Notes under the pieces: model-generated
What the model was told of the DNA's origin: nothing
The model's database searches: none
The model's input: only the letters and a program-made list of their open reading frames with translations
Translations under genes and position numbers: made by a program
Origin: Macrostomum hystrix
Taxonomy: Eukaryota > Animalia > Platyhelminthes
Assembly (NCBI GenBank): GCA_950097015.1
Contig: CATNEN010000011.1
Span: forward strand, 5,890,001-5,954,000
DNA: 64,000 nucleotides
Reading direction: 5' to 3'
Shown here: one piece after another, positions 42,901-55,521 of the stretch
Position numbering within the stretch: the first letter of the stretch is position 1
Layout of the letters: every line of letters begins with the position of its first letter

Positions 42901-44460
42901 TCGAGAACACCTCAGGGGACATTAATGCCCAGCGGAACGGGGCCGCGAGGTCTAGACTCAGAAAATACGGGTTGGGGAGCCAAATAGGCAGGGGAGATGA
43001 TCCCGGCCAGATAGGGGGCAGGCGGAAAGATAACACTCAAACATGCAGAGAGGAAGCCGTAAGAAATTGTGGGATTGCCGGCTGGGAAGAGATGGTCACG
43101 CTTGGATACAGGCGAGTTGAGGCAGACTGTGTTGAATTCTGATTCACTAGGAATGACGGAGCGACGGGGTGAGGCCAGCAATCGCAGTGCAGGCTATATA
43201 AATTTAACCAGAATTCCCAGAACTCTTATCTACTGCAGTCTAAAGAACTGTCAAATAATCAACCAATGAACCAATCGACCTGGGATAATTATTCCCTTCA
43301 CCTGGGAATTCAGCGCCAGATATTTGGATCTTTAGAGGAGGAAGGAGAGGCTGTGAAGGTCGATATAGTCCAACAATAAATACTGAGGATTTTTTTATCT
43401 GAATCTGGCTGAGAAATCATAAAAGATACTGGGGATCTGAGAAGACATTAAAATCCCAAACTGGGGATCAGAGAAGACATCGAAATCCCAAACTGGGGAT
43501 CAGAGAAGACATCGAAATCCCAAACTGGGGATCAGAGAAGACATCGAAATCCCAAACTGGGGATCTGAGAAGACATTGAAATCCCTAACTGGGGATCTGA
43601 GAAGACATTGAAATCCCTAACTGGGGATCTGAGAAGACATTGAAATCCCAAACTGGGGATCAGAGAAGACATCGAAATCCCAAACTGAGGATTTGAAAAG
43701 ACATCGAAATCCCATACTGGGCATCTGAGAAGACATCGAAATCTCAAACTGGGGACCTGAAAAGACATCGAAATCCCATACTGGGGATCTGAGAATACAT
43801 CAAAGTTCCATACTGGGCATCTGAAAAGACATCAAAATCCCGAAGTGATGATCTGAGAAGACATTAAAATCCCAAACTGGCCATTTGAGAATACATTGAA
43901 ATCCCATACTGGGGATCTGAGGTCCATAAAAATCCCAAAAATACCTAGACGTTTAGTCTGGCCATTCCGTTTTTAATACAGAGCCTAACTTGATTTTTGT
44001 CATAAAAAATGAAGAAAATATCCGGACAAAAGGAAAGGAAAGAAAGATAAAAATTATCATATAATCTCCCCACTATTTATCCTTTAATCTGCTTGACCCT
44101 TCATTCTATAATCTCCTTAAACCCTTCATCCTATAATCTCCTTAAACCCTTCATCCTATAATCTCCTAGACCCTTTATCTCATATTCACACTGACCACTT
44201 CATTCTATAATTAGCAATAAAATGTCTGCGAGTGGCTACTATAAGTAAGTAAGTGATTTCGGACACAATGAGGCACCAACACTTACCTCAAATGGATGCT
44301 GCAGAATGATAACCTTGGTGGCAATATCTACTGGCACTTTGGGAAGGGACGGGCACCAACAGGTTGGGCTGGGTCGGCCACACCTGACACAGGTGGCTCG
44401 CTTTATGTGGATGGCCTCATGTGTGTCAGCTAGCTGACTGAGGTCGCCAAAATTGTCCAT
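39956..44460 (-). CDS. DTWD2: tRNA-uridine aminocarboxypropyltransferase 2 (DTW domain); exons 44460-44287 and 40513-39956, 243 aa
   Basis: C.RC.RP...CWC, IILQHPFE|DKRKLQT, LIVLDGTW, Y.IRTQP and LCTAEA motifs. Phase-0 GAG|GTAAGT and CAG|GAC junctions. Confidence 0.92.
40590..41230. repeat. 20-bp minisatellite (GTTAGAGTAGAGTTTGAGAC-type), DTWD2 intron
   Basis: Read directly from the sequence. Confidence 0.9.
41655..42500. repeat. 23-bp minisatellite (CAGGGTGGAGCAGTCCTGAAGGA), DTWD2 intron
   Basis: Read directly from the sequence. Confidence 0.93.
43405..43930. repeat. 32-bp minisatellite (GAAGACATCGAAATCCCAAACTGGGGATCAGA), DTWD2 intron
   Basis: Read directly from the sequence. Confidence 0.9.
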
Positions 44461-45334
44461 TTTCAAGGAAACTTTTGTTTCTTTTCTTTTTAATACTTGA
44501 GAATCTAGAAATTTATGCAAGAAAATTAATTTTTTTATTACTTTAAATGCATTTATGTTAGTTAATCAGGCATTATAGGACTTTGTTTATTCAAAGTAGA
44601 CTAATTAGTTCATTTAGTTGTTAATTTTTAAAAATCATAAACCTGTGGTTATTTATAAAGGTAGTTGAAAAAAATATCAGCAAATCTAATACTGTCATAG
44701 CTATCCTTATTATGGTTGCAATCTTCAATTTCAATAGAATCTGTAAATATATTGACATTTAACCATATATTGTACAAAAATATGTAAAAAAACTACTAGG
44801 CGTGACAGTGCTACAATTTTTAGACTGTGCATGGTTGCTATAGAAGAATGAAATGTCCAATTGAGCTGAATTTCTAGTTACTAGCTACTCCATGCACATC
44901 TGCTTTATAAAACAGCATACAAATTCAACATACCATACAAAACTTATAGTAGTTCTATTGCAGACAGTGCTACCATTACCATCCATTAAGGTATTTGTAC
45001 CCTGGATTGCTTGGTAACACTTGTAAACTGGAATCAAGCCTTCATAATTAAAAAAATATAAATTGTAATGTAATAATATTCAAAATGAATCAATGGATTA
45101 ACTACATACATGTGCAACGCCAACCTCCCAAATCTTAGCCAGCCATGCGACTTAGTTTTTGCTCTATTTACAACTTAGTTTGCTCTCATTTGCTCTATTT
45201 TTCTCTCCCCTTTTTCCTCTTCTTCACACCTTCCTTTTTTGTCCCTTGGTCCCCCCTTTCATTTTTTTGCGCTTGGTTGATTGGTTTTTGTAACTTACCT
45301 TGCTTGGCCCTCGTTTCACCTGGCCAGTTCAGCC

Positions 45335-45935
45335 GGGTGTTGCACATGTATGATTAACTATCTCAGTATGTATGCAACTTTGGTGTTGCACATGTATGAT
45401 TAACTATCTCAGTATGTATGCAACTTTGGTGTTGCACATGTATGATCACTATCTCAGTATGTATGCAACTTTGGTGTTGCACATGTATGATCAACTATCT
45501 CAGTATGTATGCAACTTTGGTGTTGCACTTGTATGATCAACTATCTCAGTATGTATGCAACTTTGGTGTTGCACATGTATGATTAACTATCTCAGTATGT
45601 ATGCAACTTTGGTGTTGCACATGTATGATTAACTATCTCAGTATGTATGCAACTTTGGTGTTGCACATGTATGATTAACTATCTCAGTATGTATGCAACT
45701 TTGGTGTTGCACATGTATGATCAACTATCTCAGTATGTATGCAACTTTGGTGTTGCACATGTATGATTAACTATCTCAGTATGTATGCAACTTTGGTGTT
45801 GCACATGTATGATCAACTATCTCAGTATGTATGCAACTTTGGTGTTGCACTTGTATGATTAACTATCTCAGTATGTATGCAACTTTGGTGTTGCACTTGT
45901 ATGATTAACTATCTCAGTATGTATGCAACTTTGGC
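45335..45935. repeat. 46-bp minisatellite with internally palindromic unit, ~13 copies
   Basis: Unit GTTGCACATGTATGATTAACTATCTCAGTATGTATGCAACTTTGGT. Confidence 0.93.
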
Positions 45936-47693
45936 TGTTTCATCAACTACTTTTTTAACTAGCCAAGCAATGCAGCATGCACTATGCAACATGACCATAA
46001 AATGAACATTAAATGCACTTAGCTTACTGCATACACTCCTACTTTATTCCCCCCACCAGTCATTGAATCCAGTCCTCCACCTTTACTCTCAACATAATGC
46101 GGAAAGTAAACAGATGATTGACAACAATGTACATGTAATTGTATGTGAACATGTATGTCCCCAATAATGGCCAAGGGCCAACAGAATTGCCACCTGATGT
46201 GCATGAGTTTACATATACACTGGGTCCTCTTTCCTCAGACATGATTCCAGGGATGCCTGTTGCATTATTTGCAAGCAATCTTTGGCCACTTGCAGAGTGT
46301 GGGCTTGCAATGGACCTATCTAGAAGATCTAGGCACATGTGAGTTCACTTGCATGCTCATTGCTTTGCCTCATCTGCCAGGAGAGCACATGGGCGATGGC
46401 TTGATCCATACTGTTGCTAGAGTTCTAAACTGGGATTTTAAACTCTATCTGCTCCTCTACCTGCTGTACACTGAGTGTACATGTTGGCCCAGCTGGTGTC
46501 AGTTCAAGTTACTCTGGTGCATGAGCACCAAGCATGGTATGAGTGGCTGCAGACACAAGTCAAGACCAACTAGGCTAGGCAAAGTATTTATAGTATATAT
46601 AGTATAGGCCTATATATAGTATATATAGACTATAAGTGTGTATTAGTTAACAGTAGAAAATTAACAGTATCACATATAGGCCTAGCACAAAGCTTAGAAA
46701 ATCGTAGCTATAAAACTAGTTAAAAGAAAACTATTTGTATGGATTTTGTACACTTTACAGGCCTAGCTAGGCTACTTTGTCATTAAAAGCTACTCAGTAC
46801 TCGTACTCAGCATTCACTTATGATAGTCGAGTAGAAAAGCTATAGTCATAAAGTTCGCACACGCGTGCGAAGATACTTGTATTTTATATTTGAATTCGCG
46901 CTAACCGTGCACTGGAAAGTTATGCGAATCTGTCGTTGACACTAAGGCGTTTCATTTAGCCGACTCCGGAACGGTTCCGAAACTCTTGGAAAAAAAAGCA
47001 ACATGACTTTGAGCACCTTCGAGAGTGAGCAACGCAAAAAATAAAGATTGTATCTATTGGAGACATTTATTTGTAGTTTGAGAGAAAATGAACAGAAAAG
47101 AAGAATATGATTTTTGGTTCCTGGACGCTTCGTTATCCTAACCTCTTCGTCATCTATTTATAAATATGCTTTTGGATGTTTCATCTTCTACGATTTCTTA
47201 ATCTGCCATATACATTGGATACTTCGTCATACTCTTATGAACAAGTTACTTTAGCTTTTTTGATGATGACTGCAGATGTTCGCAGGGTGACACAAATAAT
47301 GATGGTGTTATGTAATGTCTTTTCAGCAACTAGGCAACCAAACAACCCACCAATGCACCCTTTGGCTTACAGATTTCGACCAACAATTGGATAAAAATCT
47401 GTTTTAATTCCTTACTCCACTAATATTGTATTAAAAAATAACTTTAAAATATATGAATAAGCCTATATGCAGGTACACAATTGCATACCAAAATAATACG
47501 CGATGTTCAGCAAAACTTGTATTTTTAATTTATTCTTGTTAAACAGCATTTTAATTTTGTCAGTATATAGGTAGTAAGATATAGATATTAAACGATTACT
47601 TCCACGTCGTTGTTCTCATATTCTATAGATCTTCTCATACATTATAGATCTTTGGGGACACAATCAAAGATGAACTGACAATCGATCATATTT

Positions 47694-50600
47694 TTATTTC
47701 GGCTGTGGCTGACTGCTCTCTCCTAAGCATTGTGCTTCGACATTCATCTTTAAGGGCAATTCTTTAGTCGTCGAACCTGAAGAATCATCAGTCTGGCCAT
47801 TGTGCTTGAGTGCAGACTGTTGCGCAATATCACGCATCATGGCCTGCATAGACCTTCGATGCCTAAAGTGCTGGCTTCTGTGGCGCCGCGCCCTCGTCTG
47901 CTTAAGCTCCCTGACATTGCCTGCAGCCAGAGTGTAGCCTTTGTGCAGTGTGAGTAGTACGCCGCACAATGACGCGCCGACACTCCACACCGACTGGGTG
48001 CGGACCACATGCGACTCGGCCAAAATGCAGCTCTTCCACTCAAAGAATAGAAAGAATTGTTTTTTTCTCTTTTTCCGTCTTGAGTTTCTCTGATTTTTCC
48101 GCTGGCGCCTTTCATCTTGGCTGGTGGAGTTGCTTCGCAATGTCCGATTCGCCTGTAGATCGCCCAACTGCTCTTCCGGGGAGTTCTCCGTGAAATACGA
48201 AGTCGCAAGTGAGCTCTGTGAGTTTGAGTACATTATAGAATATAGCACGTGTATGTCCAGGTAGAACATCCCCTTTATATACCCCCCTGAAACATGACAT
48301 CGATACATGGCTTCTTTGTAGCTGCTGCTGAAGTTCGATTACGATTCTTACGTACCAAGGCTCCGGGTGTGAGTGGCAGAGCGGTCAAACGCATTTGCCT
48401 CTCGCACCGAGATCCATGAGCTCGATTCCGTGGCGAGGCCACATTCATTTGGCGCGCAGCCGCTGAGAGAAGGCTTTGGTGGCTTGTCGTGCAATTTTCG
48501 CCCTTGAGGGCCAACCTCCAAGGCGCAGTGAGAGTGTACACTGCCTGACGATGAGAAAGTCAGGGCAGATGTACACACCTGTGTGAGCGTGTGCCTGCGT
48601 ACAGTGTCTGTGTCAGGGAAATGTGGAGAATTGCCTCCTCATTGGCTGCGGGTCTAGTGTCACCAAATGATGTGGCATTGCCTGCAGCCTCTTGCTAGTA
48701 TATTAATATTATTAAATACCAAGGCTACGGCTAGAATTTCAGCTGCGATTCCGCGACTAGCTCGTACTATTCTAACTGCTACTATGTCAACTTTATCTCC
48801 GCTACTCGCCTCCAATTCTAGCACAGTTCTGGCCGGTCCCTCGCCATCTTCCAGGTGCAGCTGAGTCATGGTCATCTTGGCCCACAGGCGCAGTCCAGCT
48901 GAGGCGGTGTACAGTGACTCCTCAGCATGAGCCCGAGCTATGCGACTGATTCGGTCCGAATCTGGACTGTATTTTGAGCGCATGAGTAGAGGTTGTTTGT
49001 CTGATTTCTAATGAACTTTTAATGCTTTCAAATCTAATGCCACAATTATAATAGCTCACAGTTGACTAAATTCCGAAAAGTTATGCAACAGTAGAAAGGA
49101 CATTGTATAGAAGTCCTGACTGTTGCCATGGGTGATAAAGTGAAGAAACACGGTCTCCTTTTCGCTGACCCGACTGGGACCGCGAAACACAATGACCGGA
49201 TGCGTGTCGTTGGGCCGCAACGAGTAAGGATCATTGTACTGAACTGGGATGAAGCTGCAGTTTACTGTACGAAGATTCCAATCTGAGGCATTGTCTGAAA
49301 TTAAACAGTCTTGAATGAACACACGAACAAACAATTACAAAGAAGCAAAAAAATAAACTGATAAACTAACAAATTAACAAATCATCTCGTTAATTTGTTA
49401 ATTTAGTTAATTAATTTTAGTTAATTTAAATAAAAAACTAACAAACAAACAAGCAAGCAAGCAAACAAGCAAGCAAACAAACAAACAAACAAACAAACAA
49501 ACAACCAACAAACAAACAAGCTAACTAACTAACGAACAAACTAACTAACTAACAGCAAACCAGCAAACCAGGCTATCGTTACTCACTCCAGAACTCCATC
49601 TGCAGCTCGTTGAAGTGATTGCACGACTCCAGGTGGGCCTTCTCCATAAACACGATAATTGCTATGGAATTGTTCGTGTTGAAATTCATTAGAATTAATT
49701 AAAGTACATAGTGTACTCTGTAACATAAGTAAATTGTCCTATCTTATGAGTTAAATACGAGGTATTGCAGCATACCACGCTTAATCTAAGCCAGGGCGGA
49801 AATAAGACAGTCTATAAAGGACATGCAATTAATCAAATCAAGTTTAAACAACGATTAATTCGAAGTGCATCAGCTTCAAAAGTCGAACCGCAGAACACTT
49901 TTTGTTATTTGAAAATCACGAAATCATACATTGCTGTGCACGATAAAAATAAAGCACTGAGAATATATCTCAGTGCCGTTGTATGACTAGAAAATTGCTG
50001 ATGTCTCGACATGCGTTCCGCTTCCGGCTTTTAAACTAAAAATTCTGATCTCAACAAAGCGAGAGTTCGTTTTTGGATGTTAAACAAAGTGCAGAAGCAT
50101 CTATCGGCTCCGAATTCGGCAGTGTCAGAAGGTACGTTTCGGATTCACAAAATTGCTTGGTGAGGATAAATCGTCAGCGATTTTGTCTGCTAGTACTCAT
50201 TTAAAATACATGCTATTTAAACATACTTTCCTTTCTGGTGTCAAATGAGGTTTATCTGGATAGACACTGTGTGAAATGAATAATTATAAAAAAGTATCCG
50301 ATTTTCAGTGGATTGTTATAGATGGTTTAAAATGCTAAAATATCATAATGATTGTCAAAGATTTCAATGATTCTAAAATATTTAGAATGATAGTAAAATA
50401 TCGGCGTTTAGATAGTCAAAGACTGTTAATGATTGTCAAAGATTGTCAGTGATTGTCGAATAATTCTATGACTGTCAATGACTGTGATTTTGAATTAATA
50501 TCAAGGATTGTCAAACATTTTCAAGTATCATTTCATTTTCAAACAATTTGAAATAATTTTCAAAGATTGCAAAAGCATAATTTACCCACCAGGTGCTTCG

Positions 50601-50932
50601 AACTGGGACACAGGCCTGTGCTTGAGTGATCGCACCGGAAACCGCAGCGCCAACAGCAGCTCGTCGAACAGCTGCACGGCGAACAAACAAGCCGCCAAGC
50701 CGAAGGTCGTCAGAGCGGCTGTGCAGAACAGACGAAAAAGGTACTCGCATCGCGACAGGTGACGTTCCCCCGGTGGCGAACCCAAGTCTACTTTGCTAGC
50801 TAATGAGTCGCTCTGCAGACCGCGCTTCTTGCTCGAAGCTTTTGCTCTGCCAGCGAAGCCAAAATGAACCAGACGACGTCCTCGCAACCACGTTCGCTGG
50901 CGATGAGTCTTCTGCTCCGGCTGGTGTTGCAT
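47694..50932 (-). CDS. PACC1: Proton-activated chloride channel (TMEM206/PAC) homologue; exons 50932(?)-50590, 49661-49587, 49294-49060, 48966-48810, 48215-47694 (~443 aa)
   Basis: Exons match the human protein as I recall it, in order: LRFPVRSL..RPVSQFEAP~LKHPVMSV..KEVDRYDAP; IIVFMEKAHLESCNH~IALYPGQAQLLSCKH; FRGPSRVSEKETVFLHF~VQGPREVKKRELVFLQF; SAGLRLWAKM~SGGFRTWVKM; FFEWK...W....LCGVLLTLHK~VFEWK...W...LCGAFLALFK. Splice phases are consistent. The N-terminal exon structure is uncertain. Confidence 0.85.
48360..48685 (+). mobile_element. tRNA-derived SINE, family A copy (in PAC intron)
   Basis: A-box GTGGCAGAGCGG and B-box-like GAGCTCGATTCC; homologous to the copies at 3575 and 54585. Confidence 0.65.
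49440..49570. repeat. Compound (AAAC)/(AAGC)/(AACT) microsatellite
   Basis: Read directly from the sequence. Confidence 0.85.
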
Positions 50933-51054
50933 TGTCGGACACCTGCAGAATGATGGATGACTGGCAAATGTAGTCCGGGATATTGTCTTCACCGAGGTTG
51001 CTGCCAGTCTGCAGTGTTTCAATACAATCAATACAACTGTCTCCACCTTCGATT

Positions 51055-51255
51055 CTACCGACCACTCTTGATACGGTTCAAGCTACGACTCTTGATACAG
51101 TTCTAGCTACGACTCTTAATACGGTTAAAGCGACGACTCTTGATACGGTTCAAGCTACGACTCTTGATACGGTTCAAGCGACGACTCTTGATACGGTTCA
51201 AGCTACGACTCTTGATACAGTTCTAGCGATTGTTCTTGATACGGTTTTAGCTACG
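51055..51255. repeat. 24-bp tandem repeat (ACGACTCTTGATACGGTTCAAGCT), ~8 copies
   Basis: Read directly from the sequence. Confidence 0.85.
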
Positions 51256-51987
51256 GCTCCTGCAATGGTTTTAGCTGCAATACAGAACTTATCAGCTTAA
51301 TTACGAAGCACATCGAGTAGCATTACTGGTTATTCAGACCAGAAAATGGCCTCGCTGCAAATATTGCTGGCTATTATAAAGAATCAAAGCAAAAAATTAA
51401 CCTCGTTTGGAAGTCCTGCTGTTGTTCAGTTTCCTCGCCATCTACTTGGTCTGAAGTCGGATCCTCATCTGCTAGCGGCATTGAGGAACTACAAACAGTA
51501 CATTTAATCAGACGCTGAGTTCTCTAATAGGACGCGAAAGGGTACAACACTGTCAGCAGCCTCGGTGTTGCGCAGTTAGATAAATGTCTGAGTCTATAAA
51601 TGGTTGCACTCACTGATAAGCTGAATCAGTTAGTTGCTGGTTGGTTGGCATGAATTAAGCAGCTCGGAGATTATTATAATGCCAATTTTAAGCGAATAGC
51701 TGCGTGCAATTCCCAGAGGCCATTTTAGCCGAGCCTGTCCACTGGATTGGGGATAAACTATACAGCCCCTTCGAGACTTGCGACATCCCATCTGTGATGG
51801 AGAATGAAACGTCTGTTTGCTCGCTAAGACTAATACGGACCGTGACAGCTTAATTTCCGCAATCTGTCAGCTACGAGCGTACCTGCCCCAGAAGTCACAG
51901 TGCCACGTAGGCCTGCTACATTTTCAATAGAATTAATTGATTTGTTCTCTGGACTGGGTGCAGAATTTTAGGGGAAACGATAATTTA

Positions 51988-52486
51988 CAGTAGACAGACC
52001 AAGCGGGTATTTCAAATACCCACAGATATTCATTTTTTTCTAAAATCTTCAACCTATCGCAATGAAAATCTCGAACACGGGCTAAGATTTTCCGCTCTAT
52101 CTGATGAAACAACTTCCAGAATCACAAAACATCGGCATCGTGAAGATCATCAACGATTCTCGTCAGGGTGTCAGGTGGCAAAAACCACCAATGCAAACAT
52201 TAATTTTCTGCTCACAAAATTACATAATGTAACCACCTCGGCTATTATTATTATTATATAGTTAATTATTAGACTATTGAACCGATTGGGATTCGCCATA
52301 GAGGTTATTGCAGAGCAATGTTTTTTGTCCTTGTCACTAGGGTCTTCGCAATAATAGTCGAATAGTGTAAGCGACGGAAAATTTCGACCCAGATGGCGAA
52401 CTTTCACGAAAATCGGTCATTCGTTTTGGGAGTTACCGTGAAGTAGGCAGTGGGTATTTGAAATACCGCCTGTGGTCTATCTACTG
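51988..52486. mobile_element. Tc1/mariner-type MITE (~500 bp)
   Basis: ~36-bp imperfect TIRs CAGTAGA[C/T]AGACC...GGTATTTCAAATACCCAC. TA precedes the left end; the right flank is TT, so the TSD is imperfect. Confidence 0.7.
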
Positions 52487-52589
52487 TTTAATGTTGGGAA
52501 ACGTAGTTTATGGCACAATCCAGATAAACCGTACATAAGCATGCACCCATGATAGCACCCATAAAAACGATGGGTTGATCAAGGTACAA

Positions 52590-53167
52590 CTCTTTTTACT
52601 TAATTGCAGGGGGGCCTGGGGCACTTGACGCACAAGCGCAGGAACGGCATGCCCCCAGGCCGGCGAACTAGGCGGGAGTCGCCCATCGCGCCATCTAGAC
52701 CCCTGAACACAGGCACCTCATACACAGCCGCAAGCCAAGCGGGGAAGGGGGCGGCAGCCGGAGTGCCTCTCACCCCAGGCCCGCACACGCACAGAGCTGA
52801 CCAAACAAGGGGAGGACTTACATGCCTGAAGGGTAGGGACGAGAGGAACAAGCCACGCGCGCAGACGGCTGGTGAAACCTCGCCGCTCAGAGCACGCATG
52901 GCTGGTGCACACCCGCCCCACCCCCCATACAACGCCTCACACCCGGCCCAACGCACAAACACAAACACAAACAAGCAGGCATGCAGAAGGCAGGAGCGAA
53001 GCTATTATTTCAAGCTTTGATTGCACGAAATATGGTGCACCTCCGCCGGTCGCTACTGTCCAAACCCCCCAACAAGTCCCGAAATTAATCGTGACTTGAA
53101 GGGTGAATCGAACTAGCGTCCTTTGGAGTGCGAGGCAGCGACGTTAGCCGCTGACCCACTCGCCCCC
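52590..53167 (-). mobile_element. Probable second tRNA-derived SINE (family C)
   Basis: Minus-strand head with A-box GTGGGTCAGCGG and B-box GTTCGATTC, followed by a GC-rich body and an A-rich end. It is single-copy in this window. Confidence 0.45.
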
Positions 53168-53311
53168 TAAGGTCAACTCACTAGCAATCTCGTCTTGGTG
53201 TTGAATAGCATAGTATTACGAAGTATGTAAATAGTAGTATCTGTGAATAAACTTGGACTTCAGAGCGATGGTTTAGGTGACGGTCAACAAGCTCCAGTAG
53301 AAGCTCTAGGC

Positions 53312-53692
53312 CAGGGGTCGGCAAACTTTTTAGCGAGCGGGCCACGGAGAGAACCTATAGGACGACAGCGGGCAGTATTAACTGTAGGAATATGAGAAAG
53401 GGGAGAGATGACACACAGGATAGATGAGAAATAGGAGAGATGATAAATGGGAGAGATGGGACACAGGATAGACGAGACAGGGGAGGGATGAGCCAGAGAT
53501 GAGAATAGATAAGACTGGAGAGAGACGGGAGACACGGCAGAGATGAGACAGTGGAGAGATAATTTGACACAGGACAGATAAGACACTGGAGAGATGAGAC
53601 AGGATACTATAGGTGGTGGAAGGGGCAACGGGCCAGATTTAGGGGCTTCGAGGGCCGCATCTGGCCCGTGGGCCGGAGTTTGCCGACCCCTG
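53312..53692. mobile_element. hAT-family MITE (381 bp)
   Basis: TIR CAGGGGTCGGCAAACT / AGTTTGCCGACCCCTG with a perfect 8-bp TSD CTCTAGGC (53304-53311, 53693-53700). Confidence 0.92.
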
Positions 53693-54147
53693 CTCTAGGC
53701 CTTGAACAGTTTATTTATTGTGCTAACAGGTGGGGTATAAACCGACAAGGGAGGGGTGGGTTTGAGAGGGGTACAGCTGAGTGCGCATAGCTGACAATAA
53801 CAAGATAGAGTGGGGCGATCGATAAGTTACTACATGTACATTAATTGAACGGAGTGGTGAGCGCATCAAAGCAGTGATGAGAAATAGATAGAGACTAATG
53901 GTAAAATTACTGGACAGTAGCACTTTTCCGCGACAGCATCTTTCGTATTTTGTTAGCTTTATTTTTCTATAGGACATTTTTAAAGGAAAAAAGTTTTTCT
54001 AAAGAGCTCTACTTAGAAAAGCAACAGCTTAGTATGCTTCTTTTCGTTGGTCATAACTTTGTACACTGCATGACGCTGTTTTTAGATGCTCCTCTACTTT
54101 ACATGCTCCTCTAGTCCGTAGTTGAGTGTTGCCCAATGTCGAGGCTT

Positions 54148-54462
54148 GATCAGCGAAAGTAGAGAAATTCGCTTTAGGGACTCCATAGTCGGCTGGTGCC
54201 ACTTGTTGAAGGTCCAGCAGCTCCGTCTAGATAAAATTCGGTGACCGCCGAAGTCGGAGATGATGCAAGCACATTCGGGTGACATGCTGAAAAAGTTTGA
54301 AGGTCTGGAAAGGCCGCACTGAGGCGCAGTGCAAATTCGTGTATAGGGGTGTATGAAATACACTAGCTCTTATGGGAAAAATCGGACCATCGGCCAGAAA
54401 CATTGAATATCTCGACGGTCTGAAGAGCTGGCGACTTGTTTCTTGTTTCAGAAGATGCGCAA
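54148..54462 (-). repeat. Interspersed repeat family B, second copy
   Basis: Inverted homologue of 24368-24660. Confidence 0.75.
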
Positions 54463-54584
54463 CAAAAAGTTGGCATTATTCCGTTCGGGTGCAGCAAAAA
54501 AGGGGAAATCCCCCCCTTGGTATAAAAACGGGCGGCAAAATGGCTTGGTAGTCCTACTGTTAATATGGTTTTTGTATGGCGGGG

Positions 54585-54905
54585 GGGTAAATGGCATGTG
54601 GTCCAAAGCGTTTGCCTCTCGCACAAAGGTCCACGAGTTCGCTCCGTGGCGAGGCCACATTCATTTTGGGGCGCTGCCGCGGAGAGAAGGCTTTGGCTTG
54701 TCGTGCAATTTTCGCCCCTTGAGGGCCAACCTACAAGGCACAGTGAAAGTGTACACTGCCTGAATGAGAGAGTCAGTGCAGATGTACACATGTGCCTTGC
54801 GTACAGTATCCGTGTGAGTGTATGCTCAAGAGTCAACGAAATGGGCAGATTTCCCTTCTCGTTTGCTGCACGTCTAGTGTCACCAAATATCATGTGTCAT
54901 TGCCC
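54585..54905 (+). mobile_element. tRNA-derived SINE, family A copy
   Basis: Homologous to 48360-48685, with B-box GAGTTCGCTCC. Confidence 0.6.
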
Positions 54906-55521
54906 GCTGCCTTCCTGCAATTGTTAATGTTGTTATAATTATACTGGCGCAAATAATGACTAAATTAACGAATACATTTGTTTAATCCAAACATAAAATA
55001 AAAAGTACGTTTTTTGTTTTCTGTTTTTTTTCGAATCGAATCGAAAAAACCATTAGTGTGCCTGCACTAACAGGCATGCTATTTACGAGTTATTGAAATA
55101 AATTCTTTCAATGTTTAAACATTTAGAAATAGTAAAATAATTGAATAAAATAAGGAAATAAAACAAAAACATCATTTGAACAAACTGGGAAGAAAAGAAT
55201 CATGTATGTGTACATTGGCTATGTACATTTCTAGCCAATGATGTCTCAGAAGATAAAAAGGAATAGCCACTTCGACAGTGGTGCATGCACTACACTACAG
55301 AGTCACGTGGCAACTGATTGGGCATAACAACGGAACAGGAAATATATTTTGGGATAGATCTTTATGGATTCTCATTGGATTACAATAATACTTCGCTGGG
55401 AAACAAATATGAGTGCTAAAACTTGAAAAACAAAAAAGCTGGCGAAAAAATATTCGTTGATAGAGAAGCCATATTCAACTGTTAATTTCCAACGACCATT
55501 TTTAAGCCTCTAGCGGGAGCC

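Noticed and set aside
42700-43330. GC-richer segment with short ORFs in the DTWD2 intron
   Set aside because: No recognisable domain, termini or second copy; left unannotated.
25055-45935. Regular short-repeat arrays as possible CRISPR arrays
   Set aside because: The units are head-to-tail with no unique spacers, there are no cas genes, and the context is eukaryotic.
48360-48440. tRNA gene at the A/B-box sequences (also 53095-53167)
   Set aside because: There is no convincing cloverleaf or anticodon arm, and the head is fused to a repeated body, so it is a SINE rather than a tRNA.
51260-51481. Upstream ATG exon (MPLADEDPTSDQ...) as the PAC N-terminus
   Set aside because: I could not find an in-frame splice path through the 24-bp repeat, because candidate acceptors lead to stops. 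It needs RNA data.
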